Assembly: GCF_006345805.1 (NCBI RefSeq)
Contig: NC_043000.1
Coordinates: forward strand, 65,720,001-65,784,000
Reading direction: 5' to 3'
From: Octopus sinensis
Taxonomy: Eukaryota
Length of the DNA stretch: 64,000 nucleotides
Shown piece by piece: positions 48,492-63,010 of this stretch. How positions within the stretch are numbered: position 1 is the stretch's first letter; each line of letters begins with the position of its first letter. A model generated the notes under the pieces. The model made no database searches and had not been told where the DNA came from. It was given only the letters and a program-made list of their open reading frames with translations. The position numbers and the translations under genes are program-made.

Positions 48492-48546
48492 AACTTTGAT
48501 TGAGGAGACACGCAATAAGGTCGAAACACCTTGGTGTCTCAAAGTT
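48492..48546 (+). ncRNA. Type I hammerhead with C3>U (copy 2 of tandem pair)
   Basis: Perfect 8-bp stem I AACTTTGA/TCAAAGTT; core TTGAGGA; stem II GAC/GTC; GAAACAC(CTTG)GTGTC, site after 48538. Confidence 0.7.
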
Positions 48547-50187
48547 TCCTTACTCCGGTGAATCGCTTGTGTAAAAAGAGATGTCTTTCGATGATGGAAA
48601 ACAACAGCGAAAAGGTATTCGAGTCCAAATCTACCAAAACGTATTGGGAATGAAAAGATGAATTATTGTTAATAGAAATATACTTGAAAATAGGAGGAGA
48701 GCAATTCTATTTCATTCAGCAACCGATTAAAAGTGCAAAATACATTCTAACACATATACAGAAAAAATATTCCATACGTTTGTGTTCGGCCTTTTTGTGT
48801 GTGTGAGAGAGAGAGAGTGAGTGAGAGTATTGAAAGGGAAAATATAAAACTTAGCTCCAGTAGATATTACAATGAGGCCACTAACTTTGAAAATAGTTCA
48901 CACGGAAGAAAATACTCGCTAAATTTGTAAAGAATAAAATAAAACCTCGTACATTTTGATAGCAGTGATCTCAATGAATTTTCAAACAATTTCTTTTTAA
49001 TTTAGTAATTTGCAAAAAGAAAAATATCAAAGCAAGTCAAATGTAAGATGTATGTCAAAGCTTTGAGATATTTATGTTCCAGGAAAAAGGCATAGCTCTA
49101 AATTAAATATCAAGTTGGCATAAAGTTCACTTGAGTAACATCAGATATAAGAAATTCAGCAAAATATTGTGCGTGGTGCAATCATGAAATGGACGAGCCC
49201 AATTCTAAAACGTCTAACAAATACAATACTTGAAAGCTCTAACAAAAGATTTCAGTTGGGAAACAATTAAATGTCTTCGTGCGTAACCCAGACGATATTT
49301 TCTTTAAAAGAAAAATAAAACTAAAATTGCAATATGAATGCTAAATATCATCGCTTGTTTAAAACGAAGCTAGTCAGTCATATTTCAGAAAAGCAAAAAT
49401 AAATAAAGAAAATAAAGAAAGAAAAAGAAAAAAGATTACTATACATGAAAGTAATAGAATGTTCACGAGTAGGAGGATGTCATTTTTATCAAGTGTTATT
49501 CTAATTTCATTGGTTTAAATTAGTAGTTCTCAATCATTTTCCAACCATGGGTCCCTTTGATTACTATTCTGTTCTGGTGGACCCCCATAGCCATTCGATG
49601 TTTAAAGCTAGTTTTATAGATACTTCTTTCAAAATTCATATTTTGTTATTCACACATTAACTTGTGTAGGTTGAATTACGTAGAACTTTTGAGAAGGAAA
49701 TTTAGTTGCTTCTTACCATAAATACATCTAAATCAAAATTCTTTTGGAGATCAATTCACATGAATGGCGTCGATTATTTAGTGGAATTAAAAGTCACTTT
49801 GATAACAAAGTGATTTTTCGAAAAGTCAATGCTCTAATTCAGGAGACCTCAGCCGCTGGGCCGCGATGCTCTGTCCGCACAAGGAGTATACATTTTAAAA
49901 TCTTTTTCTTTTATTGACTGCCGAAGTCTACAGGACATTTTGGCATTGTATACATATATTATATATGTAATAATTAAATGATACATTATATGTTTTGTTA
50001 TGCGTGTGATTTCTCAGTCTTTCAGAAAATTGTCTTGCATGAAACCAGTCTGTAGTAAGAAAGCGTGTTTGAAGACCTGGATTGATACCTCATGGACCAG
50101 ATATAAAGTTTCTTACATGCATACATTCATACAGACAGACAGACAAACAAACAAACAGATAAATGTGTTTGTGATGTGTGTGTATGT

Positions 50188-50235
<48 letters not shown>

Positions 50236-50831
50236 CAGAAGAAGAAGAAGAAATACATTATTCCCCGAGTCTTTTCTTCTCGTATAGGGCATGCATCGAA
50301 CACAACTGGGGAGCAAAACCGGTTTTATGTCAATGCTTTTCAACCAATGAAATTACTGTTTTTCTTCAAAATACACATACCCATGCACGCACACATACAT
50401 GTGCACATTCACACACACACACAGGCATGTCCTCTCCCTCTCTCTATCTCACGCTTTTCTTTTAAACACCCACATTAATAACGTTAAAATATAGTTTTAT
50501 TTTGCTCACTAGAAAGTTTAAAATAGATAACAATATAACGATGCAAAGAGGAAAGAATCAAAAGTTTATATCTAAATAAGCTGGAGTAGTCGTGATTGTT
50601 TTGTCCCATGTCAGTCGTAATCGAGAGAACACACACACACACACGCACACACACACATACACACTAACACACACACACACACACGCTAACACACACACAT
50701 ACACACTAAAACAGTCTTCTACACACTCACACGCTCACACACACTCATACATGCAGAGAGAGGGGGGGACGTACACAAACACACAAACGCAAGAAAACTA
50801 TGATATTTTATATTCGTAATAATCGTCATGG

Positions 50832-51202
50832 TAGCTACTTCACCATGGCTGTCCGTTCGAACGGACTTAGCTGCGATTTTTTAACCCCAAGAGGACATCT
50901 CCTCTAGCTGGTTAACGATGCACAGCTGCAAAATCAGCAACTGTATGTCACTTGAAATTATAAGTATTGCGAGCGGAACGAGCTACGGACATCTCTCGCA
51001 GACGAGGTGTCTAGTACTGAAGAGAGGTAGAAATAGCCCGAAAGCAGCTGGTCCCGTTGCCAGAAGGAGGTAGAGGTTCGCTCCCTTGCTCGCAATATTT
51101 CGGATGCAGCTGTGCATCGTAACCAGCTAGAGGAGATGTATTCTTGGAGTTAAAAAATCGCAACAAAGTCCGTTTGAACAGATAGCTATGTTGAAGTGGC
51201 TA
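50832..51202. mobile_element. MITE, ~370 bp with ~100-bp imperfect TIRs and TA ends
   Basis: TAGCTACTTCACCATGGCTGTCCGTTCGAACGGACT...GAGGACATCTCCTCTAGCTGGTTAACGATGCACAGCTGCA mirrored at 51105-51202. Confidence 0.8.
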
Positions 51203-53736
51203 TGAACATTACTTATTAGTACAACTACTGCGTTGATTTCTTAGAGAGATTTTAGAACTAGCATACTTGCTTATATATGTATAGATATGTGTGCTTCCAT
51301 ATTTATGTGTTAATGTGCATATACCTAAGTGCATATGTGTGCAGTTATCTATGTATGCATAAATTTCCGAAAAAGATCAAAAGGAGAAATATTACCTCTA
51401 GTAAGCTTAACTATCTTTGAAAAAAAAATTTAATCAAGGATTTGGTCAAAGTTAGGAACTTTACTATAGTAGTGTGCTGCTACAATAGCTTTTAAATTGG
51501 CCACATTCAACCCAAATAATTTGCCTGTTTTAAGTTAAAAGTGGTCAGATCCAGTGTCTCATACTTAGCCAACAATATCACTCTAAACATAAAGTCTCAT
51601 ATCATCGAAATCTCACAGTTACACGATAATGCGTGATTAATTCCAAACAATGTGAATAAACAAGCATTGCATTTCACAGAGTAATGTAATTCCTAAAGGG
51701 TTAACGATTCTATAGAGCCTATGCTGCAAAGGGAACTGTTTTTTAAGGGCCGACTGCATGGAAGCAAGTTGTTTTGCAATGAAGATATGTACTGTAAATT
51801 GAATTTTCCTAGTAGGAAATTGCACAGTATTCAAAATCTGAATGGCTTTTAAACTTGATATTAGCATCATTTACACAATGCTCATGACATATTTTCGACT
51901 TTGGCGGAATTTGAACTGTAAAGAGCTGCAGAAAATGTCGCTAAGTATTTTGTCCGATGTGCTAACGATTTTTCCACCTTGCCGTCTAATAAAATCAATT
52001 TTGCATGAAACTGAAGGATTACTCAATACCCTTTGTGGAGTACATATTTATTATACATTTATGAGTCGTGACAGTGACTTCGAAGTTTCGGCCTGCTTGC
52101 CTCCATTGGATCGTGTACATACATACATACATACATACATACATACATACATACATACATACATACATACACAACGCACACGCATGCACACAGACGCACA
52201 CGCGCGCGCGCATGTAAATTGCATCTAGTTCTTCATGCCAAAGTTTACCGTGTTCTGAAAGGTATATAAAAAGAAGAAACCGAAGACAGCAAAATAACCA
52301 AAATAAACCGTTTTATAGCTACTAAATTGGATTCCGCCGAATGAGAGTTTATTTAAAGACATTTATAAGGCATGGTTCGTTTTCCCGTTACAAACTTTGT
52401 CATGCAGTGTATTGCATGCCAAATTCTGCTAAAAAGAAGGGAGAGGGAGAAGAAAGAGAGAGAGAGAATAATAAAAGTATGGGGTGGTTATGTAAAAGAT
52501 TGTTGTATTGACTGTACACAATTAATTATTTGGCAGCTTTCGTATTGTTATTTGTTCGTGGTGTACATATTTGTAATGTTCACTTTTTCCTATCTCTACT
52601 ATTTTAGAAAGGCCGCTTTTGTCATACAGTATTCAGAATCTATCAGTCTGCTCTAATATTTAAAGCGAGATATTAGTGAATTGATGTTTCTAACTCTTGA
52701 ACGAGGCAATAACGTGACTAGTTACTTGCCGACGTTGTTTTTCCTTTAAGGTATTGTGATCTTCAAACCATAACATTTCCGTCATATTATGTGCGAGGCA
52801 ATCTGTTAGTTGTTTGCAATCGTGATTCATCACAACGATATTTGTCAATGTATTCATCCGCCGTCATAGTAAAACGTGTTTTGAATTTTTTTGTTCGTTC
52901 TTATTTTCATCACTAGTTAGTTTCTATTGTCATTACACTTACATTCGAATGAATCTAAATTAGCTGTTATAGACAATTTGTATAAATAATAATTTTTGGC
53001 AAGTGTTATTTATGAGTCAAACAACCACTGTACAAGTATATTATCGCTCTTATTTTATTACTAATGTAGTCACTTTAAAAAGATAACCTGATAAACATGT
53101 TATTTTTATTTGTAAAAAAAAAAAATACTTGCGCTTTTATTTCTGTGATCATTCATAATACCTTCAATTCTCTGAAGGGTTTATAAAATATTTTATCTTT
53201 CTCACCCTCATGTTAAAGGACTTTTGAACGATGCTTCTATTTAGTGATCAAACAAGGCTTTACAAGCAGGCGGTTTTGAGGCTATATTCAACGTCGTAGT
53301 CAACCCATCAGTTGCTTTTGTGTGCGTAATGGAGATAAGGAAACCATAAAAAGTAATCAGAGATTTATTATTTTCTACTTTTATTAGCTATAGTCATTAA
53401 ACGACGATCGTGCTGGAACTCCTTGCCTTCAAGTGTTGGAGTCGAGTTATTTTCACCCTAGTATTGTGACTGGAATATATTTTACGGATCTCGTTAAGTA
53501 TTGTGAAACAAATGTCTTATCCACTTGACCATGCCCGCGCCTATGTAGGCGTGTACACACACACACGCACACACACACACACACACATGCATACTTACAT
53601 ATATATATTTTTCAACTTTTTTCTATTGTTTTCAAACTGTCTTCACCCTTTTTCTTCTTTCGTTGTTTTCCTGTTGTCTCTCCTTTTTCCTGCTTCGCCA
53701 CCACCCACCTTTACCTGTTTGCCACCACTTCTCATC

Positions 53737-56580
53737 ATGCCTGACTTGCACTCGTTCGTCCAACACCTTCAATCCCTCCTCAGCCGCTACCTCGCGTTCT
53801 TCCCCCCACAATGTTCCGCACCTGCTATAATACTTTCCCGCTTGCTTTTTAAGAAAAACCCGCCACTCTAGTCATCTTTCCTTTCTTAGCCGGTGCCTCC
53901 GCCATCATGTCACACCCCGGTTTCCTCTTGAAGTTCCACGCTACCCCCTATTCCTCCCCCTTCATCGAACCCACCCTCGCTCGGACCTCCCGCTCCCTCC
54001 TCCGCGCCACCATCCGCTCCACCCGCCCCCTCCTTGACTCCCTCGACCATCAACTTCCCCAGGCCTACCTCCTTCTCTCCGCCCTCTGCCCTCCACTCTT
54101 CACCCACCTATCCTCCGCTTCATTCTTAATCTCAACCACCAACTCTACAACCACCTCACACACACAAAAAAAAAAAAAACTCCACCTCCTCCTCAACCCC
54201 CTCACCCCCTTCCCCATCCTCCCCCACTGTTCCCCCCCCCTCGCACCTACCCCACCCTTCCACGGACCCCCCCCCCACCGTGACCTTCCTACGCCTAACC
54301 CATCTTCACCCAACCACCCTACCCTCCCCTTCACACCCCTGCCCCCTCCGCCTGCCCCTAGTCCTCCCACCACCCCGCTTCCTCGCGCTGTTGTCACTAT
54401 ACCCCCCCACCTCCCCCTCTCCGCCGCTGAGCGCTCCCTCCTCAGTAAAGGTCTCCGCTTCACGCCACTCACGCGCCACTGTGATGAGTTCGAGACTCGG
54501 CGGACGTCAACCTGTTCCTGCGCCGCCTCAAACTTCGCGCATACTACCACGCGTCCCCGCAGCGTCAAAACAATCAGGATTGCCTTTTGGAGCTGGGGCG
54601 TCGTCCATCCATCTGGACGCCGCCCCCAGGCCTTTTCAGTAGCCTAGATTCGTTTGTACATGACTGCAACGCTTTGGTCCACCGTTTCAACTTTGAACCA
54701 AGACCCCGCCGAGCCAACCTCACTCGGGCCGAATCCATTGCCCTTCGCCACCTCCGCCGTCGTGATGACATTGTCATCAAACCGGCGGACAAAGGCGGGG
54801 CAGTGGTAGTGTGGCGCGCGGACCTATACAGGGAGGAAGCGCTCAACCAGCTTCAAAATCCACTCTTCTATCGCCTCCTCCCCTCCGATCCCACCTCCTC
54901 CTACCAACAACGAGTGTCCTCCACCATCCACGACCTCATCTCCTCCTCCGCTCTCCCCCTCACCGCCACCAACCTCATCGTCCGCACACCCCGCACCTCC
55001 ACCATCTACTTCCTTCCCAAGATCCATAAACCCTCTAATCCTGGCCGTCCCATAGTCTCTGCCTGTAATTGCCCCACTGAACTCATCTCCCTATACCTCG
55101 ACCGCATCCTGTCCCCCTTAGTCGCAGCCCTCCCATCCCACATACACGACACCAACCACGCCCTCCGTCTCTTCAATTCCTTTTCCTTCCCTTCCAGCCC
55201 CTCACACCTCCTCTTCACTTTAGATGTAAAATCCCTGTACACAGTGATTCCCCACAATGACGGTCTCTAGCCCTCCAACACTTCCTCGACCGTCGTCCCG
55301 ACCCCACCCCCAGCAGCACCCCCACCCTTCTCCGTTTGGCCGAGCTCGTCCTCACCCTCAATTGCTTCACGTTCGCCGGGGAAACGTACCAACAGGTGTC
55401 CGGGGTCGCGATGGGAACTAGGATGGGCCCCAATTTCGCCAATCTCTTTCTTGGCTACATTGAGGCCCAAGTGTTCTCCCAGTTCTCTGGGCCGACCCCC
55501 GAACTATACGGTCGCTATATCGACGACTGCGTAGGTGCCACCTCCCTTTCCCGTGAACTTCTCTGCCAATTCATCTCTTTCCTTTCCAACTTTCACCCCT
55601 CCCTTCAATTCACCTCCACCATCTCCAACACCTCTGTCAACTTCCTTGACATCTCTCTCCGCATCGATCACCCCTCCAGATCTCTCACCACCACCGCCTT
55701 TTTTAAACCTACGGATTCCCACCTCTATCTCAACTTCTCTTCCTCCCACCCCTTCCACACCAAACGAGCCATCCCCTACTCCCAGTTCCTCCGCCTCCGA
55801 CGTTTGTGCAGCCGCGACCAGGATTTCGAGACCCAATCTCAATACCTGGCCCGCATGTTCAGACTCCGAGGTTACCCACCCATACTCCTCTCTGATGCCC
55901 TCACCCGCGCCCGTCGCATCGACCGCACTACCGCCCTGTCTCCTTCCCCCCGCCCACCCCCCAACCGCACCCCCTTCCCCCTCCTTTTCCACCCCTCTAC
56001 CCTACCCCTTCGTCGCAAGATACTACGTGCCTTCCGTCGCCTCCAGCTTGATCCCACCCCCCGCCCCATTTTCCCTAACCTACCCCTGTCCTCTTTCAAA
56101 CGAGCCCGCAATCTGCGTGACCTCCTGGTCCACAGCACCCTCTCTCCTTCCCCCTCAGCCCCACACGGATCATTCCCTTGCTCTAGATCCCGCTGCAACA
56201 CTTGCCCCTTCATCACCAACACCACCGCTGTCACCGGCTCCAACCTGCACACTGTACGCATTAGGCACTCTTTTACGTGCACCTCGTCTGGCCTTATTTA
56301 CTGCATTAAATGCAACCTATGCGGGATGCTGTATGTAGGACAGACGGGACGCCGGTTGTCCGACCGTTTCACTGAGCACTTAAGGGACGTTCGCCTACAC
56401 TCTCTTTCTCCCGTCGCACGCCACTTCCGCTCGGCCGGCCATTCCCTAGATGACATCTCAGTGTTTGGTCTCGCCCCCCACCAAGGTCGCCCACTTTCCA
56501 GGCTCCACTTGGAGCAACGCTACATCTTCACCCTACAAACTACCACCCCACACGGACTTAACACAGCCCCCTCCTCTTGA
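53737..56580 (+). pseudogene. Neptune-like PLE RT + GIY-YIG ORF, interrupted (several frameshifts, TAG at 55268-55270)
   Basis: LSKGL.F.P, VIKPADKGGAVVVW, YFLPKIHKP.NPGRPIVS, LFTLDVKSLYT.IPH, GVAMGTRMGPNFANLF, RYIDD, NFLDI, CSRSRCNTC zinc motif, LIYCIKC...LYVGQTGRRL..RF.EH. Confidence 0.92.
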
Positions 56581-59574
56581 GATCTGTTTTTTTTTTTTTT
56601 TTTTTTTTTTTTGGCACACCACCCACACCACACACCCACCTGCCTCCCACACGCACACACCCACCACCTACCTCCACACACACCCAACCACCACCTACCT
56701 CCCACACGCCTGTTCACACACACACACATACGCAGACCCATTTACGTACATACATTCACACATTTAATCACACACACTTACAGACATACTAGCACACACT
56801 AACATACAAACCAACATGCACATACACACACACATACATACATACGCACACACATACATACTTACACACACACACACACACACAGACATACATACACCAC
56901 ATACACACACACACATACATACGCACATACATACACACACACTCACACACACACACCGCACGTACATACTTCACACACACACATGCAAACATACATGTAG
57001 GCACATACATACATACATGCCCACACATGCACACCCTTACACTGAATGCACACACACATACACCTTTTTGCATCCAGGCAGCCCCCCCCTCTTTTCTGCT
57101 TTCCGGTTTTGGCTGATGGATCCTCGGTTCCTGCGTAGCGGGGCGTTCGAGGGCCTTTGCGCTCGCGCGCCTTGGCGCGCGCTGGGGGCTTGGTCGGCCC
57201 CTTGGGCTTGCGTTGTACTGCTTGTGCGTTGTGTGCGTGAGCGCGCTTTGTGCGTGTGGGCTTGCTTCGGATGTGCGCTTACGTATGTATGCATACATAC
57301 CCACACACTCGCATGCATCCCTACCCACATACATACACGCACACCTACACACACACACACATACACACACATACCTGCACACACACACACATACATACAT
57401 ACACATACATACCTACTTCAGACATACACACACACAGACATACACCCATACACTCACACTCACACGCATACACACACACACATACACACGCACACGTACA
57501 CATACACACAACACACACACCTACATACATACATTACACTTGTATACACACACACTTACATTCATACACACACACACCTACACAGCCATACCCTCACTCA
57601 GACACACACATCTACCTACACACACACACAAACACACACGGACACACACCCATACATACATACATCTACACACACACGCCTACACACATACATACACACA
57701 TACATAAACACACACACATACACATATACACACATACGCACACACACATATACTTATACACATGCACACACACACACATACATACATACACCCATATACA
57801 TACATACACACATACCCACATACTCCTATACGCACATACATACACAAAGACATACACACTTACACACTCACACAAACATACACACACACATACTTACACA
57901 CACACTCACCTGCACGCGCACACACATGCATGACAAACACCCATACACTCACACTCACATACGCACACACCAACATAAACACGCACACGCACACACACAC
58001 ACCTACACTCCCACACACATACACACGCACCTACATACACACACGCACGCATACACACGCATACACACATACATTACACACGTACACACACACCCACATA
58101 CACATGCATACACACACACACACAAACATGCACGGACACACCCAGACATACACACATACACCTATATACACACGCCCACACACCTACATACACACACATA
58201 TACACACGCCCACACACCTACATACACACACATACATACACACACATACACGGACACACCCACACATACTTACATACATACACCTATACACACACGCCTA
58301 CACACCTACATACACACACATGCATACACACACACACACATGTACGCACATACACACACATATACGCACATGCATATATACCCACACACATGCACACACA
58401 CACACACATGCACACACACACACACATACGCACATGCATGCACACGCGCACACCTACACGCATACACACACACACACGCACGTACACATACATACATACA
58501 CACACGCATACATACACCCATACACATACATGCATCCGACACACACATACATACACACTCACACATACATACACACACACACACTCACTCACACACCTGT
58601 ATGTACGCGCACACACATGCACATACACACACTTCCCCACACCCCACACGTACATACATACACACTCACACACATACACACAACACACACGGACATACAT
58701 CTATGCACACACATACATACACACATACTCACATACATTCATCGGACACACTGCCACCCAGACATACACACAGACACACTCACACATCCCCACACATACA
58801 TACTTACGCGCATACTCGCAGGCACGCGCACATACGCACTTGCGCCGGCTCGCGCTGCATACGCGCCGCATACACCTCGCCCTTGGACCTGACGAGACCT
58901 CCCGCCCGTTCCTGGGACCGTCGCGTGTCGTTGGGTTTTCCCACGCCTGTCTCCGCGGTACCACTCTTCCATCTTCCCCTCAGCTGGAGTCCTTTTTCCT
59001 TAACCCCCCCCTTTTTTCGTTACACACACGCGCACACATATACACACCTTGCCTATATATATACATCACTCTTACACACATTCAATCTACTCGCCATTAA
59101 TACCACCACGACACTGGACACACACACACACTACTACTCAACACACGCTGGCACGCTACATACGCCCCCACCCCTTCCCCTCCCTCCCTTCCTCCTTCCT
59201 TCTTTTCTTACTACTGACCTCCCTTCCTCCTTCTTCTTTTCTTACTACTGACTCGTCTGCTAGCTGACCATAGTCTCGCCCTACCTCACACGCCTACACA
59301 CAGACGCACACACTAACACACACATATTTTTTTGTTTTTTCATCTCGCCTCACACACACACATACACACACGCACATGCACACACTCACACATACACACA
59401 CATCTGTTGGGTTACCAACCTTGTCTCCACTCTTTTGCCTTTAAAAACCCACTTTGCTCTTGTTATCGTCAACATCCGCCTTTCACCATGTGCAACTCGT
59501 AAACACCAGTCGTCTTTTTTCTCTTTCCCTGTTGCCCGCTCTGGGATCTTTCTTTCCTCTCTCTTCTTCTTTAT

Positions 59575-59609
59575 GTTTCCGACGAAGAGCTCCGCTCGAA
59601 ACGTCATAC
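59575..59609 (+). ncRNA. Minimal hammerhead-like motif (U4>C variant)
   Basis: Identical to 41159-41193. Confidence 0.5.
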
Positions 59610-59727
59610 CTCCCTGCTTCCATCTCCTGAGCGCCCTATTAATAATAATACTGTAATTGTTCCTGTTGTTGTTGTTTTTTGTTTCCCTTTTGGATTAATT
59701 AAATTATATATAGTATAATAATATATA

Positions 59728-59760
<33 letters not shown>

Positions 59761-59845
59761 ATATATAATATATATATATATGTATATATATGTATGTAAA
59801 ATATATGTATAATATTATATATATAGTATGAGTGTATATATATAA

Positions 59846-59888
<43 letters not shown>

Positions 59889-60399
59889 GGTCGGTGTGCA
59901 TGTATGATCTATACATATTATATATATATATACTAAAACATTAAAGACCCGTCGTTGCCGGGTCATAGTGCTAGTGCATGTATATATGTGTATATATAGG
60001 TACATATTACTGTAAAATCATATATATACATCTACACATAAAATGCAAAATACAAAGATATCTTGATATCGCTAGTGATAAACAATACTCAAAATATATA
60101 CAGACTGGATTGTTAGCTCTTCTTTTCTCTACATTGTATACTTCATAGACCAATAGTCTTTTCTTTAATTAAATTTTTTATTATCCATCGGACTATTCCA
60201 TTTCTGCACGCTAATTTATTTTTAATTTATTCCCATTCATGTGACCACTTATTCAAGTTCAAATCATTGATTGCAATTTTAGACCAATTGCTATTTTTAC
60301 TTTTGTTATGTACGGTTACGATTATATTATACTTTAGTTTGATTTTAATTATTACTTACACATATAATTCATTGTTATTATATTTTTATTATTTAAGTG

Positions 60400-60795
60400 A
60401 ATGAAAGCATCTGACATAAAATAGAGAAATATTTTTGTTTCACTTTTAACACGTAATACTGAAATAGTGGAGAAGATATGATATTGCTATGGGCTCGCTC
60501 TAGGCAAGAAGTTGAAACTTTTTTTTGCCCATGAAAACTACATGGACCCTAAAGTAAGGCATGTGTAAAATTTGAATGAAATTGGTTGTGTTAGTTCTCA
60601 AGTTTTAGGGTATGTAGTGGGAGAAGATATGTATTGGTGTGGCTCGCCCTAGGCAAAAAATTTAATTTTTTTTGCCGATGACACTCCCGGACCTAAGAAG
60701 GCATGTGTAAAAGGTGTGAATGAAATTGGTTGAGTAGTTCTCAAGTTTTAGGGAAACAGACAGACACACATTCTCAGTTTTATATATTTATAATA
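60400..60795 (-). mobile_element. Possible non-autonomous Helitron-type element with two internal diverged repeats
   Basis: Minus strand starts ATATATAAAACTGAGAATGTGTGTCTGTCTGTTT...CAACCAATTTCATTCA, like common invertebrate Helitron-derived repeats. Internal repeat AAATTGGTTG..TAGTTCTCAAGTTTTAGGG occurs twice. No clear 3' hairpin or CTAG found. Confidence 0.4.
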
Positions 60796-61229
60796 TATAT
60801 ATATATATATATATAATTATATAATATATATATATAATATATAATATATATTATACATATATTTATTTATATATATATATATATACGTTACATGTGTACA
60901 CATATGTATTATTATATTGTGAATATATATGCATATATATAGTATGTAGTATTAGTATGTATGTATGTATGTATGTATGTATATGTATGTATGATGTTGT
61001 ATGTATGTATGTATGTATACATGCAAGTAAGCTGAATCAACAAATTCTCCTTGGAACAGAAGAGAACTGCTGTTGACATGTATCTCTGCCTCAATATGCG
61101 TTATCAGCACAGTAATTATCCTACCTTGCCTTCATCAGATGAATCACTTAGGCATATTCTATAAAAGAATAGAAAGCATTGTTTAGAGCCTAACCAATGT
61201 TTACACACACACACACATATGTATATATG

Positions 61230-61259
<30 letters not shown>

Positions 61260-61262
<3 letters not shown>

Positions 61263-61460
61263 CTCTTTTCTCTCTTTTACTTGTTTCAGTCATTTGACTG
61301 CGGCCATGCTGGAGCACCGCCTTTAGTCGAGCAGATCGACCCCGGGACTTATTCTTTGTATGCCCAGTACTTATTCTATCGCTAAGTGACGGGGACATAA
61401 ACACACCAGCATCGGTTGTCAAGCAATGCTAGGGGGACAAACACAGACACACAAGCATAT

Positions 61461-61509
<49 letters not shown>

Positions 61510-61672
61510 TACGACAGGCTTCTTTCAGTTTCCGTCTACCAAATCCACACACAAAGCATTGGTCGGCCCGGGGCTATAGCAGGACACTTGCCCAAGATGC
61601 CACGCAGTGGGACTGAACCCGGAACCATGTGGTTGGTAAGCAAGCTACTTACCACACAGCCACTCCTGCGCC

Positions 61673-61680
<8 letters not shown>
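61260..61680 (-). mobile_element. SINE family A, near full length
   Basis: Reverse complement of a complete head AGGCGCAGGAGTGGCTGTGTGGTAAGTAGCTTGCTTACCAACCACATGGTTCCGGGTTCAGTCCCACTGCGTGGCATCTTGGGCAAG, plus body and tail. Confidence 0.92.
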
Positions 61681-61705
<25 letters not shown>

Positions 61706-61707
61706 GC

Positions 61708-61740
<33 letters not shown>

Positions 61741-61799
61741 TGTAGTATGTTTGTATGTATGTATGTATGTATGTGTATGTATATATGCATGTATGTATG

Positions 61800-61831
<32 letters not shown>

Positions 61832-61973
61832 TTAATATATAAATACCTTCTCTTGAAGCAGAGATATATTTTTACAATAAATCAAAAATCTATATTGGAT
61901 GGTATTTAATATAGCCTTATTCCACTGGTTACTCTGATTTATTTCTCTTAACTCATATTTGTATCATCTACGC

Positions 61974-62038
<65 letters not shown>

Positions 62039-62427
62039 CACACGCACGCACGCACGCACGCACGCACACATACACAGATGCAGACGCGCGCGCACACTCA
62101 CACAATGTCAACCCTTTCCTCGTAAAAAGTGATATTCTTCTGAAAAGCATTGAGTAATATTTCAATTTAATGGCGCGGCGACGAATTGGCTGACTTGCAA
62201 TACGACGGGAAAAAGTACTTCCGCTGAGGTCGATTTCGCCTTTCATCATTATTTATGTCGATGACGTACATACCAGTCAAGTACTGATGTCCATTTAATT
62301 TGCCCATTCTTCTCACAATTTCCTGCCATCTGCCAAAATTTGAGGAATATTTCAGTTTAAAGTTAAATCGTTTTTATATGTAATTTCACATAAAAATCAA
62401 ACATTAGCATATATGTATGTATGTATG

Positions 62428-62461
<34 letters not shown>

Positions 62462-62513
62462 TGTATGTATGTATGTATGTATGTATGTATGTATTTATGT
62501 ATGTATGTATGTA

Positions 62514-63010
62514 AGGCGGCGAGCTGGCAGAAACGTTAGCACGCTGGTCGACTTTGCCTTTCATCCTTTCGGGGTCGATAAATTAAGTACCATTTACGCA
62601 CTGGGGTTGATGTAATCGACTTAATCCGTTTGTCTGTCCTTGTTTGTCCTTTCTGTGTAGCCCCTTGTGGGTAGTAAAGAAATAGGTATTTCGTCTGCCG
62701 TTACGTACTGAGTTTAAATTCCGCCGAGGTCGACTTTGTCTTTCATCCTTTCGGGGTCGATAAATTAAGTACCAGTTACGCACTTAATCCCTTTGTCTGT
62801 CCTTGTTTGTCCTCTCTGTGTGTAGCCCTTTTTGGGCAGTAAAAAATAAGAATCGTTAGCACGCCGGATAAAATGCTTAGTAGGATTTCGTACGTCTTTG
62901 CGTTCTGAGTTCAAATGCCGCCAAGGTCGATAAAGTAAGTACCAGTGAAATACTGGGATCGATGTAATCGACTTAGCCTCAAACCCGAAATTGCTGGTAT
63001 TGTGCTAAAA
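62514..63010 (+). mobile_element. Cluster of nested or rearranged SINE family B copies
   Basis: GTCGACTTTG(C/T)CTTTCATCCTTTCGGGGTCGATAAATTAAGTACCA and the tail each occur twice, and a third diverged copy follows. Confidence 0.8.

Larger units (their letters stand above)
53590..59705 (+). mobile_element. Penelope-like element (Neptune-like), near full length, with ~3.15-kb CA-rich 3' region
   Basis: RT+GIY-YIG coding region 53737-56580, followed by a region colinear with 38239-41285. Ends in (TA)n. Confidence 0.9.

Noticed and set aside
53910-56338. Gly/Arg-rich antisense and alternate-frame ORFs over the Neptune element
   Set aside because: Shadows of the C-rich RT ORF.
58885-58935. CTGACGA-GAC...GTC possible hammerhead in the second GC island
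   Set aside because: GAAA is absent (GCGT/GTGT) in both copies and stem I is unconvincing.
56816-59251. 811-aa His/Thr/Tyr-rich ORF, and similar ORFs at 38709-40833 and 57213-59100
   Set aside because: CA-rich strands rarely form TAA/TAG/TGA, and several overlapping frames are open at once. This is a compositional artefact with no domain motifs.
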